Notes: generated by a model from the letters alone, not told the origin. Numbered from the whole stretch's first letter, positions 12,681 to 25,904 are shown. The stretch is DNA of 63,944 nucleotides, filler included, from Reticulomyxa filosa (GCA_000512085.1; 24 parts of 24 records of this genome joined end to end with filler, not necessarily neighbours in it), one strand, 5' to 3'. A program made the numbers and translations.

Positions 12681-14029
12681 TTTTCAACTAATCTCTTTCA
12701 TTTCACAATTTAAAAATTATTTAGTAAAACTTAATTGAACTATTTATTTGAATATTATGCCATTTTTAATTTAATAATGATGATGTTTGATAATATTATG
12801 AAAAATATGATTTTGCATTATATATAAAGTTGATGATTGAATTTCCTATTTGTTTGTAATATTTTTCATTTCAATAATGGATAACTATGCAATGGTAACA
12901 AGTATGCTCTTAAAATGTTTCTAAATTTGTTTTTTAATTTATTGATCACTGTTGTGAGAAACTGATCTACTAAAGACTTGCATAAAGTGTAATAAGAAAA
13001 TAGTGCTTTGGAGTAGTAAGAAAAAGAAGTAAGTAAGGTTTTTAGAAAAAAAAAGATTCTATTTCTCTGAATTTCGCTGTTGTCAGAGCGATTTGCACTA
13101 TACTGTTGCTTTTTTTTATTTCATGAAAAAATACATCTTTTAGATAGATAATACTATTTAATGTCAGTTTAAGTGAACTTGAAATATTTGTCATTTATTT
13201 TTTTTGATTAACTATCATTCAGAAAGCAATACTTTTTCGTATTACACTTAAATAAAATTATATATTTGGTGTATGCATTTTAATTGAGTAATTTAATTAA
13301 AAATTTATAATATTTTAGTGTTAATAAGAGGAAAAAGATCTATGCTCAATAGACTATAAGACAAAATGATGAAGAAAATATTATTGATAAAACAATTTAA
13401 TTTCAATTTTTGTTTTGTTTTTTTGAGTTTAGCCAGAAGAAAAAAAAAGGAGTGTTAGTAACACTGTGATAAAAGATTAATTGATTTAATTTGATCTGAA
13501 TTTGTTTTTTTTATTAGCTCGATAGATGATCACTATCATCATATAATCATGATTATTTATGGTTACACTCATCTTTGTATTAAATGCAATTATATTATCT
13601 TTGATATAACAATTGCTCATATTTTTTCTGTTGTAATTTTTGATGTGATCTTGTTACATATTTCAATTTTTGCTCTTTTCTTTTGGTAATATTCCTTCAT
13701 TTTATTAATCTCTATTTCGTATAAATGTTGCTGGGGTGTGTCTTCGTGATTGATTGGCAGTTATTGCTCTTTTTAAATCGAAAAACTAAATAAATTTGTA
13801 TGCAATTGTATGAAGATTGAGATCAACTACTTTGCACCAAACAAGTGAAATAGCTCTTTTAATTTAATTTTAAAATAAAAACAAGTGCCATAAGTTTTCT
13901 TGAAACTCTGCTTAACACTGTAGGACCTCCATTATCGCAGAATTTTCAAAAGTCATTTGAAAGAATGTTGATTTCATCCAACAAAAAAAAAGTTTTAAAA
14001 AACATTTCATATTTAAAAACACAAGACTT

Positions 14030-14128
14030 TTAGATATTTTTTTTAAAATAAAAAAAAATTATGTCTAAATGTTGATTTTTCATTGAGAAAATCAATTAGG
14101 CATTCAGTTTTCTTTGCAACATACTGTA
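14030..14128 (-). mobile_element. Partial copy of the Tc1-like TIR family
   Basis: AGATATTTTT...TATGTCTAAATGTTGATTTTTCAT..GAAAATC matches 10438-10490; ends CATACTG|TA. Confidence 0.6.
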
Positions 14129-16639
14129 CTAATCAATATCATGTATAATGAATAAATTTAGTGAAGTATTGTTTTGAAAAATTGATACATGAAGGACAAT
14201 TCATTATACTTGAGTTTTCATTGCAACGATAATTTTTATTATTATTTGAAGTTGTCGCTTTGAAAAAGTGAAGTTAAGTCTAGGCACAAAGAATTTTTTT
14301 CGTGTGTGTNNNNNNNNNNNNNNNNNNNNNNNNNNNNNNNNNNNNNNNNNNNNTTAATTAATTAANNNNNNNNNNNNNNNNNNNNNNNNNNNNNNNNNNN
14401 NNNNNNNNNTGATGTGTCTTAACATATTTTCATCAAAGATAACATTATTTACATACACATATCCATATCAACTTCTAGTTGATTAAATTTAAAAGTTTGA
14501 CTCTCTTTATCGTATCCAATTATCAATTCTTATTTTGTAAAAAACAATAGTTCGTTCATTTTTTTGCTTTTTATTTGTACCCTTTCTTGTCCATCTTTTG
14601 GATATAATATAAACCATGCAAATTAAGCCCAGTTTGGATTTAGTTTTTTTAAAAAAGGCACGAAAAAATCATCCCTTTTAAAAAACATCTTTATAAAAAG
14701 GAAATATAATTTTCTGTTTGAAAAAGACTGCATGACTATCATTTATGGAACAAATCTGAAGAATTGATTACTGATGAGAGAGCAAATCTCAGTCAAGGAG
14801 TTTAAAAAATATCTATTATACGATTACAGATTCTAGAAAAACACTGTAGTTTTTTAATGATTAAAATAGTCAGCATGGATATTGATGCTTGATGAAGCGG
14901 ATATGTATTTACCTGGATGAATCCAAGGTCAAGTGGTAGTGGAAATCGGATCTGGAGAAAAGCATCATCTCAATCGAAAAGACAATTAAACCCAGGTTTG
15001 CAGCGCATTTGATGAAATGATTGTACCTTTTTTTTGCAGTGCTTGCGAATGAGGTTTGAATCTGCCAAGATTTATGTTACGTATACACTTTAAACATACA
15101 AAAAATTATAATTAAAAAAAAGGGGAAAGTGATGAAAAAGAATGTACTAAAAATAAAAAATAAAAAAAAGCTATACCTTAAATCTTCACGCATTCACACA
15201 TTGAACAGTTGGCATCTTTTACGTGGTAATCAAAGGGTGCAATCGCAATATACGACAATTATTGAAATTGGGCCAGCCTGAGCAATACTATTATTGCAAC
15301 AGTCGCAATTGCACAACTGTGTCTGGCATCAGCGACAAAGGCGACTTTTTGGAATTCAATGAAAAGGATGTTGAATCTGTATAATCGCATATTTTGCACA
15401 TGTGATGGCATTAGAGACTATTTCAAGTGAACCTTTCTTCCAAAGACAATCTTGGAGAATTATGGCGGAGTTCCAAACAATGATTCATCTTGCCGAGCCG
15501 GCCTCGTTGTCTGTTCTTTTCGTTCAGCTCAGATGAAATAATAACAATCATAAATATCAATTCTGTCTATCAATGACATTCTCCATAATAAATAATAATC
15601 TATTTGAATTGTAAAAAAAAATTTTACAAATAAATTGTTTTGTTAAAAAAAGACATTCAACAAAACAAGATCTTTCGACTAGTGTGGTGTAGAATGTTTG
15701 TGCTGCATTCAATTAGTGAGAAACGTACTTCATAAACTGTGATGGACAACCCCTTTTTGAGTACTTTTTTTTTGTCTGATTTTGTTTTCACGTTTTCCAC
15801 AAAAGTTTAGTTTTTTCCCTTTTTTGTATTTTTCATTGATATTTAAAACTATTCTTTGAAAGCACTTGTTAAATTTTTTTTTCTTTGACGTATATATCAG
15901 CACGATTTATATCTGGAGGATTTAATAACATATTTACACAATGTCAATGTTAATTTTTCCACTTTGTTTGAATATTTACATTGCAAGGCACCGAATTTGA
16001 ACTTTGTAATAATAATTTACTTTTGCCAAATATCCTTAAATAATTGTGTGTTTCTTTATTTGGCTAGGATCATACATTAATAATAATTCCACAATATTTC
16101 TGAACTTCTTTTTATGATTATTATTTATTTACTATTATTAATTGTGTTCGATTGATTTGATGTGCAAAATTTGGATCGACTCCTTTTTTTGAGCAGTTTT
16201 GCTACAAATAATGGTTCTTCCAATTGGTATGCAATACTCAATGGACTACGCAACTACTTGGTTTTCAAGTTATCAAATTTTTCCATGTCACTATTCATCA
16301 TACAGGAAAACAGTACTTGCTTTCTTTGCTCTTCTTCTGTTTTCAGCCCATAAAACAGCTCTCTTACTGACATTTTTTTTTGTTTCGAGAAGTTTTCTTT
16401 TTTAATTTGGACCCTATCTTTTTATAACTGTTTTAAAGCTCAATTATGTATATGTATAAAAAAGAATAATTAAGAAGAAGTTTATTGAATATTTAGAGCT
16501 GTTCATTGTTGATTCCTATTTGTCCAAGTATTTTTCTTTTTCTTTTCTGCTTTTCTTAAGATGACATATTGTAACACGGCAGTGGCACACGTATAAGTCT
16601 TTTTTTTTCCATTTTTGTTTTAATCAGTATTGAAATGAT

Positions 16640-16983
16640 TTCTTTGCGCATCACAACAACACCAAAACACAAAAGCGCAAAGACTCTTGCCCACCCACTG
16701 AGTGATCCAACCATCAACAAAGAATATGACGCAAGCCCCAACGAAGAGACCCTCCAATTTTCCAACGAAAACATTGACGCAATTACCAACGATAGCAGTT
16801 ACCAAGTCACCAATGAAAGCATTGACACAAACCCCAACAAAGGCATTAGCACAACCTCCAATCAATATTTTGATGTTGGTGCTGGCGAAAACGCTCACCT
16901 TGCTACTTACTAAAGCCTTGGCTTCACCTCCGACCAAGACTTTAATTTTGCCTCCCATCCGCCTTTGCCGTGTGATAATATAG
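16640..16983 (+). pseudogene. Pro/Thr-repeat (PTxxPT, mucin-like) coding remnant, probably part of a decayed gene extending to ~18100
   Basis: TQAPTKRPSNFPTKTLTQLPT..TQTPTKALAQPP; downstream coding-like blocks are interrupted by stops. Confidence 0.35.
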
Positions 16984-18203
16984 ATAGTTGTTTAGTTACA
17001 TTATTCATGATGTCCTTTTTTTTTTTGTCCACTTAGTCAAATACCTAAATCTTTTCACAAAAACAAAGCAAAACAAAAATGTACAGCTGCTTGACCTGTT
17101 CATTTTATCAATAAAACCAAGACAGTTGTGCGAGATCATATGACTTATGACTTATGCGATGATGGTAATTTGTGTGATTTTTTTTTTTTTTAAGAAATGA
17201 GTGGGAGGGGGTGATGAAATTACGTATAAAAAACAAATTATGTTCATGGGATGGAATGGGAAGGCAACTTATTTGTACAGTGACACCTTTAGTTGAGTCT
17301 CGCCACATTTGGAAGTGTGCCATTTGGTGTTCCAGTTTAGACAAACTCCTAAGGGAGAAAGGGAAAAGAAATTATTTTTTTTCTGTTCACACAATTTCTA
17401 GTGATCCTTAGCAACGTATTTATACGTATGGATTTGCCCACATTTACTACTTGTTGTATGATGGTGTCATCTACGGGCGTCACTCCATCATCTGCGATTC
17501 CTGGTGATGGTATTGCTATTAAAAATACAAACGGTTTGTATATTGCTACAATTCTGGTAGTTAGCTCATCTGCAATTTGTCATCAACTTATGTTCCTGGC
17601 TACCAATTATCAAATAAGTTTGATTCATTCTTAATTTTTTTTTAAAAGACAAGTACATACGTATATAAGTATTTTATATCTTATATTTTTTAAAAAATAT
17701 GTACTTGTTATTTTTTTTGAAAAAAATCATGATACTCAGATCAGCGGAATAATATAAACACGCTACAAACTGACTGAATATATACACGAAAGGAGAAGTG
17801 GAAGAAGTGCTGTCGTGCGGAGTAAAGTCAAGAGATAACGACGATTTGATGACATATTCGCAGATGGTGGCGGATGTATGTGCGACTTACATTTGAGAAG
17901 GAAAGATAACACTGACAATCTAATGCATCAACTGTACCAATTATTTGACTGATATCGGTTTCTGTGTCCAAGGATACTATTCGCTTCTGGAGAGAAAAGC
18001 AAAGTGATGACGATGTGACAATATTTTAACATGCACGCACACTGTGATATCGACAAGACGCATCCTAACATCATACCACGTAACTTTCAAAACGGATTGC
18101 GCGNNNNNNNNNNNNNNNNNNNNNNNNNNNNNNNNNNNNNNNNNNNNTTAATTAATTAANNNNNNNNNNNNNNNNNNNNNNNNNNNNNNNNNNNNNNNNN
18201 NNN

Positions 18204-18298
18204 GTCTCGAAGGCCGATGACATCAAGGCCGCGGTGGAGGCCGCCTTCAAGTCCGGCAAACCGCACCTCGTCGAGATCGAGATCAGGGGAAGCGGTAG
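18204..18298 (+). CDS. Bacterial thiamine-pyrophosphate-binding enzyme, 3' end only
   Basis: VSKADDIKAAVEAAFKSGKPHLVEIEI is the typical TPP_enzyme_C tail; high GC; probable 1-nt error before TAG. Confidence 0.6.
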
Positions 18299-18301
18299 GC
18301 G

Positions 18302-19042
18302 CTATCTCATATCAATCATGAGCCTGTGGTGGGAGCCGCCGGGATCAGACAGGCTGAGCGTCCAGAAGTAGTATCCCAGCGTACCCCCAGAGCATCGACC
18401 TTCCAGCTCGGCCGCGAAATCTGATGTTGTGATCAGATGGCCGGGCCAGAGGGCGGGCTGGAACAGCACGGCGTCGGCCGGTATTTTACTCTCGATCAGC
18501 GCTATCGACTTGGTGCGGGTCCAGTCCGGACAAGAGGCGTACCTCATGCCTTCTGCGTTTGCGAACTCCGGCGCGATTTCAGGTGCAAGCCTGAGTGAGA
18601 TCAAGCTTTCTTCGAACGATACAGGATCATCACCAGTGTAGCCGCGATTGGCCATCGACTTCTTCAGATCGATGCAGTTGATTGTACGCAGAATCTTCAC
18701 TGCGAAGTAAGTTTCGTCGGCGGGTTTCCCGTCGTCATGGCGCACATCAACTCGGGCAACCTCCGCTTCGCCGTTTGTACTGCTGATCAGGAAGTCCTTC
18801 ATCGATTCTGAGGCGATGAAGAAATCTCCATAGTGGTAGAGATTCTGGACAACTTCCTGATCGTACCGGGGGATTCGCCGGAACGTGAACTTCAGCTCGG
18901 TGACCCAGCGAGGCAGCCGGCTGGGCGCCCATTCCTCCCGTCTCTCGACCGGTCCTGAGGCGTCGAGATAGTTGCCGTAGGAGGATGGGATGAAGAGCTG
19001 GAAGTCCGGGGCCATCGAAAGCCCCAGGTCCCGGCGGTTCAT
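18302..19042 (-). CDS. Bacterial Imm11/DUF1629-like (immunity-type) protein, about 246 aa; start is ATG 19042 or 19015, not 19309
   Basis: FIASESMKDFL...EVARVDV..DG....TYFAVKILRTINCIDLKKS pattern; ATGA overlap with the upstream aldolase stop. Confidence 0.55.
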   Translation of the reverse strand: MNRRDLGLSMAPDFQLFIPSSYGNYLDASGPVERREEWAPSRLPRWVTELKFTFRRIPRYDQEVVQNLYHYGDFFIASESMKDFLISSTNGEAEVARVDVRHDDGKPADETYFAVKILRTINCIDLKKSMANRGYTGDDPVSFEESLISLRLAPEIAPEFANAEGMRYASCPDWTRTKSIALIESKIPADAVLFQPALWPGHLITTSDFAAELEGRCSGGTLGYYFWTLSLSDPGGSHHRLMIDMR

Positions 19043-19359
19043 TTCTGGAATGCCCGCACCTTCGCCTGGTGCGCACGGGCGGCGCCCGTGAGCATCGGCA
19101 GATCGTTGCCTGAAAGCAGGAACTTCATGCCCTTGTCGGTATAGAGTTTGAGCAGCTCTTCCGTATAGGCGCCGCCCATGCCGGGCCACTTGCCGTGCTT
19201 GCGGCAGGCGGCGACGACCTTGTCGACGGCGGCCTGGACCTTCGGATTGCCGGTGTCGCCGGGGATGCCCATTTCCATCGAAAGATCGCTGGAGCCCACG
19301 AGCAGGCAATCGATGCCCGGCACTGCCGCGATCGCCTCGGCATTCTCGACCGCCTTGGG
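19039..19359 (-). CDS. Bacterial HpcH/HpaI-family aldolase, 3' part
   Basis: AVENAEAIAAVPGIDCLLVGSSDLSMEMGIPG...V..ACRKHGK.PG...GM.F...G.D; GC-rich codon usage. Confidence 0.88.
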   Translation of the reverse strand, partial: PKAVENAEAIAAVPGIDCLLVGSSDLSMEMGIPGDTGNPKVQAAVDKVVAACRKHGKWPGMGGAYTEELLKLYTDKGMKFLLSGNDLPMLTGAARAHQAKVRAFQK

Positions 19360-19459
19360 NNNNNNNNNNNNNNNNNNNNNNNNNNNNNNNNNNNNNNNNN
19401 NNNTTAATTAATTAANNNNNNNNNNNNNNNNNNNNNNNNNNNNNNNNNNNNNNNNNNNN

Positions 19460-20385
19460 AGTAGTAGTAGTGATAGGGGATTTCGCATTACTCTTGTCTT
19501 GAGAGGCAATGGTGATATCGTCATCAAAAGGCGATGATCTCTTATTCGCTGCTTTGTCTTCGCTTTCCAAGCGACTGTCTTGCTCCAACATGTCATGGAT
19601 GTTGGGTAGGTTGCCATTGTGCAGCTTTTCAATCTGCTCAAACAACGAGTGGCGATCGCCCAGGTTTGGCACCAATTGCGTCAAGTCCCTCACCCCGGTG
19701 ATCCCGATCAATTGTATTCCGTCGATATGTCCGTTTTCAAAGTTCTTCGAATACGCACGGTACTTCCCATTCTCCGCCGTCTTTATCCACAACAACACTT
19801 CTTCTTCCCCCCATCCTGTTATCTTCGCTGCCGGACTTGGACTTTGATTTTTTACGCGTGTGCCCGCTTCTTCTTTTTTCCCTTTGTCTTCCACTTGCAC
19901 TGATGCTCGCACGTCTTTCGTCTTCTCCTCTTCCTTCTTCGCCTCCGCGTTACCTTCTGGCGTCTCCGTGTCCTCGCCCTCCCGTGCCTGTTCAACCACA
20001 ATCAACAGCGTGTTTCATTTATTTCGTCGCATATGCAATGCGACATGTATACATTATTCCATCATTTTTTTCATGTATGTATGTACCATATATACATATA
20101 TATATATATATATGTAGGATATGTGTGCGTGTATGAAATATGTTTGGGTCTATGTACGTATGTATGTTTTATTTTATGTGCAACTGGTGCTGTTGCTTTC
20201 GCTTTTTCTAAAATTCTTCTCCAATGCAAAAGTGGGATGCTTAGGTATTGGTAGTCTTTTTCTTGCATCATCCCAAAGTCCTGCTTTCCTGACAAACCAT
20301 TCTCAGTCAATGGTTGCGCATACTTTACAAAGGAAGGATCAACGCTTTTCAAGAATTCTTTCAGTTCGTCTTCACTTGAGCTCAT
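19460..20385 (-). CDS. Protein with two SAM domains, 3'-truncated; exons 20385-20185 and 19987-<19460
   Basis: LKEFLKSV....KYA..L.ENG......M.EKD...L.IP..H.RRIL and W.EEEV..WI.......Y...F....IDG.QL......DL......GDR..L...IEKL; in-frame GT-AG intron. Confidence 0.8.
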
Positions 20386-21791
20386 TGATCTGTTTATTTG
20401 GTATGCTTTTTTTTTGTTTTCAGTTTTTTTTGCAAGGGGAAATTGAAAACTAAAAAAAAAAGTGTTGTTCATGAAAATTCAAAAGATAATGGAACAAGAC
20501 TACCATTGAGGTAGTACCACACATTACTGTCAACATAAAAAATAAGAGTAGCTACCGTTATGGAGCATATCTAAGCTGCTGTGGGAATGGCGAAAAATGT
20601 ATTATTATTATTTTCATTTATAAAAAAAAGTAATTTGTAGGATTGTCAGATAATTTCTTCTTATTTCTTAACTTGAAAGTTTATATTTTCTTTAAAAACT
20701 AATAAATTGATTTATATATCCAAGAACTGGTGCAAATTTGGATGTGGATTAAAAGTTTTAATTGTGCGTGAGTCCAATTTCTTACTGTTTCGAAATATTG
20801 ATTGATATTGAAACAATGTCAATTTCCTTGTGAATTCATTATTAATTTTTTTTAATCGATATATAGAAAATGTTAAAAGACAATATTGTAAATTGCAAAA
20901 AAAACTTGTTCAAATTTAAAAAAAAACATGAAAAGCAAATCCAACTCGATCTCTACAAGAATTATACTTAGAACATTTTACGATTATCTAGAGATAAAGT
21001 TTGTTTCGAAATAATCAATATTTTTTATGAAATTAGAAGTGATTTTTAAGAATAAATTTTTTTTAAAAAAGCTGCTTTTTCTTCCAAAGAATTAAGTTTT
21101 GTCAATGCAATCATAAAAAGAAGCCCTTTTATGCATATCAGAAGATGATGTAGATTATTTGTAAAAAATATTTACTTATAAAACCACAATATTCATAGAT
21201 ATTTTTTTTAACTAAAATACAACACCTGATTAATGCGCATACCATTCAAAAAAGGCTCTAAAAAAAAATTATATTCAGTATGTGTAATAACAAAAAATAC
21301 GCAAAAAATCTTTCAACATTTTTTCAAATTTTTCTTTTAAAATGATTTTAAAACAAAACAAAAAAAGAACAGACGGCATATGTCAGGCCAAGACAACATT
21401 GTTCCCACACGACAGCTGAGGTAATAGCAAGTGTACAGGTACTGCTATATTTTTTGTAATTACTATGAGGTAGTACAAAATCTTATTATTGCATTGTTCA
21501 ATTACCTTTTATAAATTTTCATGCATCACATTTTTTTTTTAGTCAAAATTTATTAATCTTTTTCCTTTTACCTTTTTTTTTTAAGTTGCAACAAAAAAAA
21601 AGTTCAAACTTTATCATATGTGTAGTTTTCCATGTCGGAACAAATGTTTACACGTGTAAACAGTTTCTAAGACCTAAATATAGACAAAATTTCTTTTAAA
21701 AAGAAAAAGAGAGATACTAATGAAAAAATAATGACATACATTTGCAGGAGAAAGAAACACAAAATAACTATATATACTTCCTTGCTGGGCT

Positions 21792-22519
21792 CTAAGGAAA
21801 GAAAATGTATACACAACTCAAGAAAACAGAAGATTCCAATATCTGAATCTTTGTCAAATTGTAAAACAAATAAATTGTTTTTTTTTTCCTTTCACTCTCC
21901 CCCTTCTCCCCTCTTCTAATCATATGTGGCTCTACATTGCATTGCCCTCTACACAGCAAAAAAAACACTCCCATTTTGAAAATCTTTGGACACTTTACAG
22001 GAGTGCAAGGTACAAAAGGCAGTGCAAAGCAACTCCCTCTCTCAGGAACTAGATGCAATACATGTTTTTTTTGTTTGCTTGCTTTTTTGTTGTTCTCTCG
22101 GTTTTTGGCCGCTTCAGTCATCTCCCTGTTCCAGACAATACACAAACAAATGATATTAAATTTTGATAAAGAGTAAGGAAAAAAAAAAAAAACAAGTACA
22201 GCAATCAACAACATACATCCGAATCCGAAGAATCTCCATCCGCATTGCCATTTTCATTGTCGTCAGCATCATCGCTAATGACATTATTCATCAGAGCATT
22301 TAAGTCATCAGTTCCTTGCGCGCCCAAGGCAGGGACTTGTGTGTCTGCACTGGTTTGAATTTCCATTTCGTGAGTTAGAATTTGAGAAAAGTCGGACCAT
22401 TTCGGATGGTTATCAAAGAACTTGGTGATATTCCATTGGTCTTCTGCTTCTTTGCTAAAGTTTGATTTGAGAATAAAGTCCCCTCCGTCGGTAAATGACT
22501 CTTCGTCTTTGTCATCGTC
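21792..22519 (-). CDS. 3' portion of an acidic protein, weakly SAPS/PP6R-like
   Basis: Open frame DDDKDEESF...HPKWSDFSQILTHEMEIQT...ALG...DGDSSDSD, then an intron; resembles the W..F...L......LG end of SAPS domains. Confidence 0.35.
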
Positions 22520-24016
22520 NNNNNNNNNNNNNNNNNNNNNNNNNNNNNNNNNNNNNNNNNNNNTTAATTAATTAANNNNNNNNNNNNNNNNNNNNNNNNN
22601 NNNNNNNNNNNNNNNNNNNAAAATCAATTATCATCATATGATATCGTTACAAACGAGTTAATAATATCAGAAATAATATCAATTTGATTAATGTATATAA
22701 ATATTTTTTCTAATATAAGTCAGACTAACAACACATTGTTCAGAAAGTGTAAATTTAAAATTAATTTTTAAATTTATATATTGCCGATAAGTGACTATCT
22801 TTTCATTTTTTTCCAAAAAATAGAAAAAAAACACTTATCGTTTAAGAGTAAAGTTCACTTATTTTACATATAATCTTTTCTACTGCTAACTTATCCGAAA
22901 TCTGTAGCTGTTCTGTATTCATTATTGTAAGCTAGCGTTATATAAATATATTTGTTTTTTTTCTCAAACTAAAATCATTAAAAGTGACTTGACTTTTATG
23001 TTTTCAATTAATTATTATGAAAACAAAAAGCACAATGCAATAATGTATAAATTGTTCAAAATATTATTGCAACTAACTAAGGTGATGTCAGCAATAGAAA
23101 CATAATTGAAAAGATTTTTTTTGCATAATATAGAGATGTCAAAAATATCACTTAAAATAATCGTTGCAACAAGAAAATGTCAATACAACAGCTAGTAAGT
23201 GATATCCAAATTAGTCAATCTAACATGACTACTATGAGAGGATGTGTTGAAGATGAAGCATAGCCCGAGACGTCAGAGGAAAACGAAGATCATGCATTTG
23301 ACGGAGTGCAAAAGATAAAAAAAGAATTGTGAATAGAAAAAAGAAAGAGCAAAGACAAACAAAAACGCAACATTCGAATGAAAAATGCTACAATACGTCA
23401 GCCTCAAGGCACAAAAACGATCGGCGAAAAGCGCACGAATGTACGGACGATGAAAAAAGGCGTGCAAATGCATGCGATAGACGAACACTAATCATGTGAG
23501 CAATTACAGTTTGTTTTAGTTCTCCAATTCATCATTTAGTCCACCGATCAAATTGATGTCTGTCGCAATTGAAAGCCTAAGACACGACGAGGCTAACATA
23601 ATGCTAGAAACAAGGCTATAAGTCTCCAAATCTCGGATGTCATATCTATGTGGATGGATTGCATTCTGGCATTACCAAAGACGATCTCCGCTATTTCTTT
23701 GCCCATATACCAGGCCTGATTATATAGCCTCAAAACCTAGGGCGTCACTTTCACCTATCATACCTAGCAAAACATCGGAAGATTTTGAGTCAGTTGGGTG
23801 TAGGAATGTATAATCGAACTTTCCATATCTCGAAAACTTATCAACTATTTAGTTTATAATTTATAAAGTATTAGAACTTCTCGGGTCTGTGAGAGATAAC
23901 TTCTTTGCTTGAAATGTTTATTTGTTTGAAAATTTTTGCAATGAAGCTGAAAAGACAATCAAGGTAGCGTAAAAAACATGAATAAAAATAAACAAAAAGA
24001 CTAGAAAGACCAAGAG

Positions 24017-25354
24017 TTAAGATAAGAACTGGTGCATTACATGGGCAGTTGTACCGTATCGTAGCCCACTACAATCATCCCACGAATTGTGCATCCCTAC
24101 TAATTCGCCATGTTTATTAAAGAGTGGAGCTCCACTGTGCCCCCAATATGTCCAACACGAATGTCCCAACTCACTGGTAATGCTTTGTCCAGTATCGGCT
24201 GAGCAAGACTTTAAAACTTCCACTTTTCCATAGCTCAAATGCCATCCCTTCGGTTCAAAGTTGTTGGCTTCCGCACATTCAGACTCCAAGTTTACATCAG
24301 AGGGATTTCCAATACAAAAAATCTCGTCACTCAAACGAATATTGTTAGTGTCCTTTTCGTCTATCAAAACAGCCTTTCCAACTTTTTCATCCAACGTTCC
24401 CTTTTTTTTTTGTTTTGTTTTTTGTTTTTGTTGTCAAAGTATTTTTCCAAAGCACTTGTGCACATTTGTTTTTTTAAATGATATTGCATGCAAGTACTCA
24501 AATAAATAAATAAATAAGACATTCAAAGTATTTTTAAACTCACTTGCACATTTTCAACTACAAGCAAAGCCAAATCACCTTGTAATTCATTGACTTTGAC
24601 ACATTTGGCCACGCATATCAATCCATTAGCAAACATGAAAACTTTTCTTCGTCCCAAACGATTTGGCAATGTAGACTCTTTTGAAGTGTGATCACAGTCT
24701 GGATTTTTCTTTGTCTGTGTCCACTTCTGCCTCTGAGTCGTCGTTTCCGTCGTCGAAGCCACACGTCACCACATGGGCGCAAGTCAAAATCCTGTTATCT
24801 CCGATGTATATACCAGTGCCACTGCTGTCACTAATGACATGGCAAGTGGGATAGAGCGTTCGACGTAGCCATGGCTCCATTGCAGCTGAGCTGCTTTTCG
24901 GCCACCACTCAGGAACAAATGCGCTGCTCACACGACGTGATTCCCAAAACTTTGATCTTTTGCTCCATTTTAATGTGGAAGTCGATTTGCCTTGGATAAA
25001 GTACTCCCAATGCTCGTACATCTTCAGTATATTTTTCTCTGGCCCGAGAAATTGTTCCATCGACAATCTCAGTGCGTCGAAGAAGTGTCTAAAAAGTGTC
25101 TCAATTTGCTCTACTTTTTTTCGAAATACTAATTTTGTAGTGCTCGAATATGTTATGAACGTCTCGATCAGCGCGTTCAATTCTTTCACCGTAAATTGTT
25201 TCTTCAGCTCTGACTCTGCCAACGATCTTGAACATGGGCAGTTTCTAAGGTGACTTTCAATCATTATGTTCAACCATTTCTCTTTTGTTGGCTCCAGCAA
25301 GTATAATTTCATGTCAGAAACCGTACATTTCGACTCATCCATAGGAATTAGCAC
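24017..25354 (-). CDS. Trypsin-like (Trypsin_2) serine protease; one intron (~24544-24403) and one homopolymer frameshift near 24705
   Basis: GTGIYIG..RILTCAHVV (His), GDLALL (Asp), IGNP, CWTYWGHSGAPLFN..G.LVGMH (Ser). Confidence 0.85.
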
Positions 25355-25630
25355 TGGACAAAACAGGGAAAAGTTTTTTAAATTAAATTTTTTCCTTAAC
25401 TAGCAGTTTTGGGACGAATGTTTGTAATATTCGAATTTAAACTTTGAGACAAATTAAAACACATAAGTATAAATATTATTTTTGAAAGTAGTACTGTGTT
25501 TCTCGTATAACTGCAATAATGCTACAAAANNNNNNNNNNNNNNNNNNNNNNNNNNNNNNNNNNNNNNNNNNNNTTAATTAATTAANNNNNNNNNNNNNNN
25601 NNNNNNNNNNNNNNNNNNNNNNNNNNNNNG

Positions 25631-25774
25631 CGTGCCGTCGAGATCCGCAAGGCCGGCTACCTGCTGAGTGTCTACACGATCAACGACGGCGACGTGGCGC
25701 GGGCGCTGGTCGGCATGGGCGTTCAGTGCGTCATCAGCGACGCGCCGGACGTGATTCTGGCCGCCCTTCGATAA
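25631..25774 (+). CDS. ugpQ: Bacterial glycerophosphodiester phosphodiesterase, 3' end
   Basis: IRKAGY.LSVYTINDG..ARAL..MGV..VISDAPD*; directly upstream of ugpB. Confidence 0.8.
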   Translation, partial: RAVEIRKAGYLLSVYTINDGDVARALVGMGVQCVISDAPDVILAALR

Positions 25775-25904
25775 TATCGACCTTTGGGGTTGCATTCGCT
25801 GCGCGGTCTTGGTGGACTGTCATCAGACCGCAACAAAACAGACACACAGCAGTCTTGCGGCCCGTCGATACATCGCCGGGGATTTTCTGGGAGGTTTGTT
25901 CGAC

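Noticed and set aside
14860-15540. Possible arrestin-like pseudogene (YLPG..QGQVVVEI)
   Set aside because: Too short and too interrupted to support a call.
19043-19309. N-terminal 89 aa of the 335-aa ORF
   Set aside because: It is a shadow frame of the aldolase gene; the real start is at or after 19042.
20507-21476. TGAGGTAGTA (let-7-like) at 20507 and 21466
   Set aside because: Only 10 nt match, there is no precursor hairpin, and the organism is not an animal. It may be chance or a promoter motif.
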